Shown: positions 56,891-64,000 of the stretch, piece after piece | Numbering within the stretch: position 1 is the stretch's first letter | Layout: every line of letters begins with the position of its first letter | Source of the DNA: an uncultured Eubacteriales bacterium | Lineage (GTDB): Bacteria > Bacillota > Clostridia > Christensenellales > CAG-314 | Reading direction: 5' to 3' | DNA length: 64,000 bases | Assembly (NCBI GenBank): GCA_948938605.1 | Contig: CARAIG010000061.1 | Span: forward strand, 1,513-65,512 | The notes under the pieces: generated by a model | The model's input: the letters and a program-made list of their open reading frames with translations, nothing else | Told to the model about the DNA's origin: nothing | Databases searched by the model: none | Position numbers and translations under genes: made by a program

Positions 56891-58243
56891 CTATCTGTAA
56901 TTGATTTCTATCAAGTTGTTACCTTTAACTTGAATGTTTTTGCAGCATTCCTTAATGGAAATGCGCGAACTGTCGGGAGCCATCATCAAACCGATTTCCG
57001 CCGTAGCGACAGTATTGGCTATTTCGACAAAGTATTCGTAACGGGGCAACGTGCAAGCGTACGCACCGAACTTACCGTTGGGATTGATCGCTTCGATTGC
57101 CAACGTGCAACGATCCTTTTTAACGCCGTCGCTCATCTTGTTGTAGGACGACATCCTTATAGGCAAACCGCCGTCGGAAACAAGTTGGTCGATTGCTTGC
57201 TCGCTTGTGATAAACTTGATAAATTCCCAAGCGCCCGAAACGTTTTTGCTGGTTTGGGAAATGCCGTAACCTTCGATGGCGTATTCCGCGCCATTACGGG
57301 TAACAAGACCGGTAGGCAACACCGTCATACCCCAATCGATGCCGACAGCATCGTAACGAGCCCAGTTATTAGTGTGACCGCCGTAAACCATTGCTACGCG
57401 TCCGCCCTGAAAACCTGCAAAGTCCGTTTCGCCGGGAGCGACAGTAATTTTAGGTCTGCCCAATGCTTCGTTACCGTAGGATTTGTCATACATTATTTGC
57501 ATTGCGTCATAACACGATTGATTGTCGAACGTTACGTTGCCGTCAGCGTCAAACAAATCGCCGCCGCTTTGACGAACGTGAATGAGCCATTCGCCCCACC
57601 AAGTCGTTAACGTATCCGAACCCCATTGAATGTACGAACCGTTTTCCTTTAACGTAAGCGCGCCCGCCGCTTTAAAGAAGTCGTTCAATGTCCAAGCGGG
57701 GTTAGGATAATGGCGTTCGGATTCGGGAGTGTCGGCTTCGTACGGAAGATTGAGAGCCAACAAATTAGTCTTTTGCGCGTCGAACAACGTTTTATTGAAA
57801 TAAAGGAAACTGCAATTATACGAACGGGGCAAAAACACAACTTGACCTTTGCTGTTCTTCATATTGTCCATTACGCCGCCGACATAGTCGTCCAACTTCA
57901 ATTCGTCTTTATCGCGTTCGATAAGTTCCGTCAAATCCATTAAATTTTTACGGTAAATTTCGGTATACATATCACCGCCGACAATGACGTCGGGCGCAGT
58001 GCCGTTACCTATTTTTGTTGCCTGGTTGGTTTGTATATCGTCACCGGCAGTCCAAATGGGTTTTACGTTATATTGGGGAAATTTTTCACTGAATGCGTCG
58101 ATTGTACGTTGGTAAAGATCCATATCCTTGTTATCCAACAATACGACTATATCATTGCTTGTATCGCCACCTTTTGTCGGGTCGCAAGCGACCAAAGTTA
58201 TTAATAACGCGGCAAGCAATAGGAAAACTAAAACTTTTTTCAT
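56891..58243 (-). CDS. Extracellular sugar-binding lipoprotein of the ABC importer (family 1 solute-binding protein)
   Basis: 450 aa. MKKVLVFLLLAALLITLVAC contains a lipobox. The length and pattern are typical of a sugar solute-binding protein. AAAGGAG lies before the ATG. Confidence 0.9.
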   Translation of the reverse strand: MKKVLVFLLLAALLITLVACDPTKGGDTSNDIVVLLDNKDMDLYQRTIDAFSEKFPQYNVKPIWTAGDDIQTNQATKIGNGTAPDVIVGGDMYTEIYRKNLMDLTELIERDKDELKLDDYVGGVMDNMKNSKGQVVFLPRSYNCSFLYFNKTLFDAQKTNLLALNLPYEADTPESERHYPNPAWTLNDFFKAAGALTLKENGSYIQWGSDTLTTWWGEWLIHVRQSGGDLFDADGNVTFDNQSCYDAMQIMYDKSYGNEALGRPKITVAPGETDFAGFQGGRVAMVYGGHTNNWARYDAVGIDWGMTVLPTGLVTRNGAEYAIEGYGISQTSKNVSGAWEFIKFITSEQAIDQLVSDGGLPIRMSSYNKMSDGVKKDRCTLAIEAINPNGKFGAYACTLPRYEYFVEIANTVATAEIGLMMAPDSSRISIKECCKNIQVKGNNLIEINYR

Positions 58244-58263
58244 TGTTTGCTCCTTTTTATTGT

Positions 58264-61200
58264 TTATTCTGCGGGTTTTTCGGTTACAAATTCAAATTCT
58301 TCCACTACAAGTTGCACATCAGTACCTACAACATAAATGTAGAATGTAATTGTTTGCGGACTATCCGTTTTGTTTTCGTAAGGCGCTTGACGAAGGTCGA
58401 TGTAGAATGTTCCCTTGTCACCGCTTTCGCCCTTAATTACAACTTTGTCCCCTTCTTTATCGCCGAATTCCAATTTCCAAGCGGCATTGGAAGCATCGCC
58501 GACAGTTATTTTAAGGAAGGGCGCGTCATCGATTACCATATCGCGGAATGTAATTTCCGCTTTGGGCCATTGATTGTCGGCATGTAAAATAAGCGCGCCG
58601 TCTTGTTCGGAAATTTGAATATTGTTGTCCGTAGAAGTCCAATTGGATTCCACTGTTAAAGTAATTGTTTGCGTAGCTGCTCCCGCAAAGGCAAATTCCA
58701 CTGTATATACGCCTGTATTAGCCGCTGCAAACTTAATACCTGTAAGCACGTCCGCCGTTACGTCAACGTCGTTACATTTAACTATTATTGTCACGCCGTC
58801 GTCCGAAGATACATTTTGCAATTCGTACTGCAATTCAAGTTCCTGATTAACTTTAATAGTTTGCGATTGGGTAATTACGGATATTACGGGTTTTGTTGCG
58901 TCTTCCACAATAACGGTACGGGTTACGCTTTGAGCCTTTTCGTGACTGAACGTAATTGTATAAGTACCTGCTTCGGCAGCTGCAAATACGCCGTTATTAA
59001 TTACCGATTCGGTTACGTTAACGCCGTCTTTGGTTACGGATACATTTGCAGCCGTTCCGCGAAGTTTAAGTTTTGCGCTGACATCCAGTTGTTGACCGAC
59101 AGCAACGGTTTTGTCTGTTTCCGGCTTAATGTCCACTATTTCGTCGGGAACTTCGTCGATTTGAACAAACTTAAATTCGGTGACTTTTAACATTGCGTTT
59201 GTACCTACAACGTAAATGTAGAAAGTAATTGTTTGCGGACTGTCAGTCTTGCCTTCATACGGTGCTTGACGAAGGTCGATATAAAATGTTCCCTTGTCGC
59301 CGCTTTCGCCTTTTATCGTATGGATAACGTTGTAAGCAGCATCGCCGAATTCCACTTTCCAAGCAGCGTTGGAACTGTCGTCAACGGTTATTTTAAGGAA
59401 AGGCGCGTTGTCGATTACCATATCGCGGAATGTGATTTCCGCCTTAGGCCAATCGTATTCGGCAAACAAAACTAACGTTCCGTCTTGTTCGGAAATTTGA
59501 ATATTTTTGTCGGTTGACGTCCAATTTGACACTACCGTCAAAGTTACAGTTTGCGTAGCAGCACCGCTAAAAGTAAATTCCACTGTATATACGCCGGTGT
59601 TGGCTGTTGCAAAAGTATCGCCTGTAAGGACATCGGCAGTTACGTCAACATCATTGCATTTAACTGTTACCGTAACCGTACCCCCCCCCACAGCATTTTG
59701 CAGTTCGTACTGTAAAGCGAGTTGTTGATTGACTTTAAGCGTTTGCGATTGGGTAGCAACCGAAATAACCGGTTCGGACGGGGACGTTACAGTAATTGTA
59801 CGGGTTACGCTTTGCGCGCCTGCGTAGCTGAATGTTACAACGTATGTTCCGGGAACTTCCGTTTGGAATACTTTGTTATTAAGCACTTGTTCGGTTACGT
59901 CGACTTCGTCCTTAGTAACTGTGATTGTAACGTCGTCCTTGTGTAATTTAAGTTCGGCGCCCAATGTAAGCTGTTCGTTGGGAGTCAAAGTTTTATTTTC
60001 GGCAGGGACTACGTTTACTATTTCGGGCGTGGCGTCGATTTGGTCGTTATTTGTAATGTAATCAACCGTACAAACCGATCCTACGCCGCCTACGATGAAT
60101 ATCGAGTAGGACATCTTTTCCGCTACTTTGTTATCTTCGTTAAGGTTAAACAATTGATACAAGTCTATCGTGTATATGCCTGTGTTACTGTTTTCGGGAA
60201 TTACATCCCCCTTAATTATTTCGCCTGTCATTGAGGGGTTATAAATAAGGTTCAACTTCCACTTAGCACCGCTCGATAACTCGTCTACTTTTACGTTGAG
60301 ATAGCGCATTACGGACAAGTCTACGTTTACCGCAAAAACTTCGCCCTTGGAATAACCGTAACCGCTGGATTGAACAAATTGCAATTTACCGTTTTGAGCA
60401 ACAACGGTTGCGTCGCCTATCCAGTTGTCGGAGTTGTAACCTTGTTCGTCAAGTTTGCCTACTTGGTCAACGCGGTGTCCCTTGGGAGCAAGAGCGTTTT
60501 TGCTGTATTCGGCATTTTGAGCAAGCGAAACCGAAGTTATTTTTGCCGAAACAACGGTATCCGTTGCCATTTCGACAGTAGGCTCGATTACTATACGCAA
60601 AGCGTTAGTAGCAATTCCGCTTGTTTGGTATTGTGACAAAACGTTAAATTTGTGAGTGCCGTTTTCGGTAATTGTGCCGAGTTTTGTATTGCCGAAGTAT
60701 AAGTCGAGTTTTGCATTGGTAATATCTTCGACGGCAATGCTAAGTTCGGGGTAAACGCAAACGTTAGTTGTAACTTGCGTGGATACGCTTGCTTGCTTCG
60801 ACGAATCCACCTTATAAAGGAGCATGCCGTCGTCAAGTTCGATATATGCCGTGCCTTCTTCCTTCCAAACTTTAAGCAAATCGTCGTCTGTTGCGTATTC
60901 GAATTCCTCGGTAAAGCCGTTATATGAAGCGCCGGCAATTTGATCGAACGAAGCTTGTCCTTTTACGGTAAGCGTTAATTCAACTTTACCGTCCAGGCCT
61001 GCTTTGGCTGCGTCTACGCCGATTGCACCGTAGTTGCTTGTTTCTTCAACCAAAACGGTGTTGCCGCAAGACAGCGACCAAGTGCTGTTGTCCGCTACGT
61101 GCGGTACAAATATATCCAACATATTTACCAATTGAGCGGGGAAAGCAAAAGGAATTGTGACCTTAGCGCCTTGTTCGCTTGTTGACTTTACCGTCATTAT

Positions 61201-61977
61201 TCCGTTTTGAAATTGAGCCGTTCCGTCCGAAACGGTTATATTGCCTTGGCTGTTGAAGTTTTCAACGTCGGGAATAATGCCGGTGGAACGGATATAATCG
61301 ATAGATACGCTGCTGTCCGTTTCCATAATATAAATGTACAAGTCGAAGCTGACGTTACCCGTTTGCGGCATTCCTTCCACTGTGCGCAAATCGTAGAAAA
61401 ATACGCCTGTTGTGTTTGTGTCGGCTTGCAAAACGCGGTTCGAAGTTTCGTCTTGTGCAAATTGCAATTTAATTGACCATTTTCCGCCCGTAAGAGCAGC
61501 TACGTTAATTGCCAAATACGGATACTTGTCGATGCTTACTTGCATTGCTCTACCTTTACTGGGGTAATCGGTAGCGCCCGTATTTGTAAGCGTCAACATA
61601 CCGTTTTCGACGGTGTGCATATTTTTGACTTCGCCCTTATCCCAATTGGCATAGTCTTGTTCGGGATTGTCGAATTCTTCCTCGATTTTGTATTCGGGGA
61701 TTACAACGCTATGTCCGGGGCACTTGTTTGCACAAGCAGGGTCGGTACAAGACGCATCTTGACACAAGCCGCACGTAGGACAAACGTGTTTACACGTGTG
61801 AGAGGACTGTTCGCACTTGCATTTATCCGCGCAAACGGGATCGGTACACGCCTTGTCTGTACACAAATTACATTTGGGACAGACGTGTTGACATTCGTGC
61901 TTAGCGCATGCGACAACGCCAAAACATACCATTGCCAACATTGCAACAAGAATGATGATACTGAGACCTTTTTTCAT
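58264..61977 (-). CDS. Large surface lipoprotein (1237 aa): duplicated Cys-rich N-terminal motif, repeated unknown ~140-150-aa modules and Ig-like domains
   Basis: Lipobox MVCFGVVAC, then CQHVCPKCNLCTDKACTDPVCADKC and CKHVCPTCGLCQDASCTDPACANKC. It then carries six modules, each ending in an alternating hydrophobic strand (for example ITFYIYVVG, YSIFIVGG, FDLYIYIME). Confidence 0.85.
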   Translation of the reverse strand: MKKGLSIIILVAMLAMVCFGVVACAKHECQHVCPKCNLCTDKACTDPVCADKCKCEQSSHTCKHVCPTCGLCQDASCTDPACANKCPGHSVVIPEYKIEEEFDNPEQDYANWDKGEVKNMHTVENGMLTLTNTGATDYPSKGRAMQVSIDKYPYLAINVAALTGGKWSIKLQFAQDETSNRVLQADTNTTGVFFYDLRTVEGMPQTGNVSFDLYIYIMETDSSVSIDYIRSTGIIPDVENFNSQGNITVSDGTAQFQNGIMTVKSTSEQGAKVTIPFAFPAQLVNMLDIFVPHVADNSTWSLSCGNTVLVEETSNYGAIGVDAAKAGLDGKVELTLTVKGQASFDQIAGASYNGFTEEFEYATDDDLLKVWKEEGTAYIELDDGMLLYKVDSSKQASVSTQVTTNVCVYPELSIAVEDITNAKLDLYFGNTKLGTITENGTHKFNVLSQYQTSGIATNALRIVIEPTVEMATDTVVSAKITSVSLAQNAEYSKNALAPKGHRVDQVGKLDEQGYNSDNWIGDATVVAQNGKLQFVQSSGYGYSKGEVFAVNVDLSVMRYLNVKVDELSSGAKWKLNLIYNPSMTGEIIKGDVIPENSNTGIYTIDLYQLFNLNEDNKVAEKMSYSIFIVGGVGSVCTVDYITNNDQIDATPEIVNVVPAENKTLTPNEQLTLGAELKLHKDDVTITVTKDEVDVTEQVLNNKVFQTEVPGTYVVTFSYAGAQSVTRTITVTSPSEPVISVATQSQTLKVNQQLALQYELQNAVGGGTVTVTVKCNDVDVTADVLTGDTFATANTGVYTVEFTFSGAATQTVTLTVVSNWTSTDKNIQISEQDGTLVLFAEYDWPKAEITFRDMVIDNAPFLKITVDDSSNAAWKVEFGDAAYNVIHTIKGESGDKGTFYIDLRQAPYEGKTDSPQTITFYIYVVGTNAMLKVTEFKFVQIDEVPDEIVDIKPETDKTVAVGQQLDVSAKLKLRGTAANVSVTKDGVNVTESVINNGVFAAAEAGTYTITFSHEKAQSVTRTVIVEDATKPVISVITQSQTIKVNQELELQYELQNVSSDDGVTIIVKCNDVDVTADVLTGIKFAAANTGVYTVEFAFAGAATQTITLTVESNWTSTDNNIQISEQDGALILHADNQWPKAEITFRDMVIDDAPFLKITVGDASNAAWKLEFGDKEGDKVVIKGESGDKGTFYIDLRQAPYENKTDSPQTITFYIYVVGTDVQLVVEEFEFVTEKPAE
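58267..60030. repeat. In-frame tandem duplication (2 x about 0.88 kb) inside the lipoprotein gene
   Basis: Two units of about 292 aa (two Ig-like domains plus one module) align end to end, with long identical nucleotide runs. One example is TTGACGAAGGTCGAT...AATGTTCCCTTGTC.CCGCTTTCGCC at about 58385 and 59265. Confidence 0.8.
59681..59689. repeat. Homopolymeric C9 (G9 on the coding strand) tract inside the lipoprotein gene
   Basis: The coding strand reads GTG GGG GGG GGT (V-G-G-G). The count is confirmed by the PPP run in the overlapping plus-strand ORF 59507..59728. Confidence 0.9.
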
Positions 61978-62014
61978 AAAGCAATTCTCCTTATATTTAT
62001 TTTGCGGAAATTAA

Positions 62015-64000
62015 TTAATAATTATATCCGAGAGTGTTTACATTAGATACTTTTACGTTGTTTATTACCGCCGAAGCGTTGTTTCCGATAATACTGATAC
62101 GGATACTCAAATTCTTCGAACCGGTTAATCCTGTAATTTCGGTAATATCGAAGATATATTGACCTACTTTAGCGCGGTTGTATTTTTCGGAATACTTGCG
62201 TTCGATTACATTGCGCAATTCAACCGCCCTGCCCGTATCGTTATCGATAACGTAAACTTTCCAACTTGCGCCTTTGTCAATGGATTGTACGTCTATCGAC
62301 AAATAGTGACTGTTTTGCAAATTGACGTTTCCTAACGAATATTCGACTGCGGACACAACTTGGTCGGTCTTTTCGGTTACAAGCGTTATGCTGTTGCCGA
62401 AGCCGATACTGTCAACCTTGACATAACAGTCTTGATCGCCTGCACCGCTGCCTATAACAAATATTTTAAACGTAATATTTAACGTACCTGTGTTGCTTAT
62501 ATATTTGCGTAAATCGATTGCAATTTTACCCATTCGGGAATTGTCCGGCGTAATTGCAATATCGCCCACCGTTCCTTCGGCGACGATCTTTGCCGACCAG
62601 TTGCCCTTTAACGCGGCTATATCGAAAAATACAATCGGGCTATTGTCCATATCGACGGGAAGAGTTAACGACGCTTCGCCGTAGTTGTATATAGTGCCGT
62701 ATTTTAATTTGATGTAACCGTTGTCGTCAATATAGGCGGAGTTGCCGTCCACAACGCCGTTTGCCTTGGTAAATGCCGTCTTGTCGGAGTTTTCGCCCAC
62801 AAGTTGCATTTTGGAAATTTCCACGCGGTCGTTACTGACGGTGTAAGCAAACGTGTAAACGCCTTCGGTTGTAATATTGAAATCTTCCGTCAAATTGTAG
62901 GACAGCCTTCCGTTGTTAGCGGTTATGTTGATTGTGCCTGTATCGGCAACAACTTGTTTGTTTTCGTCGGTGATTGTAAAGTGAACCGTATCTATTGCGC
63001 GGTAACCGTCAAATTCAACTTCCCAAATAGGCATTGCCTTGGGATCGAACAAAACGTCAATCGACGGATCGTTTACTACTGTCGGAGTTGCGTCGTTTTT
63101 GATTACCAACGCACCGTTTTGCACCGTTGCCTTAGCATATGTTGCAGTAAAGTCGTTATCCAAAAACGCCTTTGTATCGGTATGGTTTGTCATACTTATA
63201 AAGCGTAAGTAACTTATTGCAAAGCCCCTGCTTTTGCCTGTGGAACGTATTGTTACGGTAACTTGTTGTTCACCGTTCAATCCGTCGAAAAGTCCGCTTG
63301 CAGCAAGGTCATATTGCAAAACGCCCTTTTCAAGTACGCCTATGCCTGCAAAAGCAACAACGTTTTTGCTGCCGCAAGACAAAATCACATCTACTGTGCT
63401 GTTAGCATTTTTTGTAACAAAACGTATTTCGAATATCTTTGCCGAAGCGTCTACCGACATAGTACGGCTTGCAGTTAACGTTGTATCCAACAAATCGGAA
63501 GATGTGTAAAACTGTCCGCTGTAAAAGTCGCTTTTGCCTTCGCCGTTAGCAACCGTCCAATTTTTCAAGCTTCCGCCTTGACTGAAATCGTCTACTGCAA
63601 ATACTTCAACATCTTTACCGAGTACCGTTTCGACGTTACCGTTTGCCGAAGCTATTCCGTCGGGAGTTACGCCGACGGCCTTAACGTACAGTTTGCTGTT
63701 GTCGGCAAAGTAAATGTCGCATACGTTTGAAGACGAACGGATTACCCTTGTAGCGTAATCGAATCCGTCGTATTCGGACACGTAAAAGATGTAATGACTG
63801 TAACCGTCGGTAGCTGTTAAGCGCGCCGAACTGTTTGTTACGTTACTTACGCTAACGCTTACGGTTTGGTTAGACGTGCTGTCGTTTGTTGCATCGCCGA
63901 TACGTTTGACCGTAATTTGCAACGATTGTCTGCCTTCTACCGTAAAGGAAATTCCGTTATTCAATTGCCAAGACGAGTAAACGCCCTTGTCCTTGCCGTC
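62015..64000 (-). CDS. Large surface protein built from the same unknown module family. Partial: the N-terminus lies beyond the window end.
   Basis: The reading frame stays open from 63964 to 64000 (DGKDKGVYSSWQ precedes the track's TTG start). Four or more modules are present, ending for example LNITFKIFVIGSG and NLSIRISIIGNN. AAGGAG of the next gene follows. Confidence 0.8.
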   Translation of the reverse strand, partial: DGKDKGVYSSWQLNNGISFTVEGRQSLQITVKRIGDATNDSTSNQTVSVSVSNVTNSSARLTATDGYSHYIFYVSEYDGFDYATRVIRSSSNVCDIYFADNSKLYVKAVGVTPDGIASANGNVETVLGKDVEVFAVDDFSQGGSLKNWTVANGEGKSDFYSGQFYTSSDLLDTTLTASRTMSVDASAKIFEIRFVTKNANSTVDVILSCGSKNVVAFAGIGVLEKGVLQYDLAASGLFDGLNGEQQVTVTIRSTGKSRGFAISYLRFISMTNHTDTKAFLDNDFTATYAKATVQNGALVIKNDATPTVVNDPSIDVLFDPKAMPIWEVEFDGYRAIDTVHFTITDENKQVVADTGTINITANNGRLSYNLTEDFNITTEGVYTFAYTVSNDRVEISKMQLVGENSDKTAFTKANGVVDGNSAYIDDNGYIKLKYGTIYNYGEASLTLPVDMDNSPIVFFDIAALKGNWSAKIVAEGTVGDIAITPDNSRMGKIAIDLRKYISNTGTLNITFKIFVIGSGAGDQDCYVKVDSIGFGNSITLVTEKTDQVVSAVEYSLGNVNLQNSHYLSIDVQSIDKGASWKVYVIDNDTGRAVELRNVIERKYSEKYNRAKVGQYIFDITEITGLTGSKNLSIRISIIGNNASAVINNVKVSNVNTLGYNY

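Noticed and set aside
56861-57610. 249-aa plus-strand ORF antisense to the sugar-binding protein gene. Similar cases are 28827..29510 antisense to metG, 47276..47716 antisense to recF and 48209..48733 antisense to asnA.
   Set aside because: Each overlaps a confidently identified gene on the other strand. They have no SD and no recognisable motifs.

Overview
This 64-kb chromosomal window comes from an endospore-forming, low-GC Gram-positive bacterium. It looks Clostridia-like: spoIIE and spmA/spmB are present, along with sigma-A-type promoters, AGGAGG Shine-Dalgarno (SD) sites and lipoboxes. I support about 40 protein genes, most on the minus strand. I recognised no rRNA, tRNA, CRISPR array, transposase or phage genes. 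Housekeeping genes are metG-tatD plus a TatD-associated radical SAM gene, queH, argS, gyrA, gyrB, recF (divergent from gyrB) and asnA. There are six accessory blocks. (1) Positions 1-16.3 kb hold a 13-kb gene for a giant MBG-repeat surface protein. It is translationally coupled to a membrane-anchored protein with a duplicated unknown domain, and is followed by a REC/HD-GYP/GGDEF regulator. (2) Two glycolipid-type glycosyltransferases flank an XRE regulator. (3) spoIIE, a stand-alone GlmU-C-terminal-like acetyltransferase and spmAB. (4) A MarR-headed redox cluster with two flavodoxins (one a predicted lipoprotein), an ABM protein and a CMD-cupin fusion. (5) A heterodimeric ABC exporter preceded by a promoter, a 30-codon Cys-rich leader ORF and an intrinsic terminator, which together look like an attenuator. 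(6) Positions 50.3-64 kb hold a long minus-strand glycan-utilisation operon. It encodes two very large surface proteins built from an unrecognised repeated module, a sugar ABC importer, a 1006-aa cytoplasmic protein of unknown function, a GH130 phosphorylase and an SGNH esterase. Other signals worth checking are a G9 homopolymer inside one surface-protein gene, a recent 0.88-kb in-frame tandem duplication, a hairpin-containing intergenic repeat family flanking argS, and two candidate leaderless mRNAs. All calls come from reading the sequence and the ORF track by eye. No database search was run, and coordinates of small motifs may be off by 1-2 nt.
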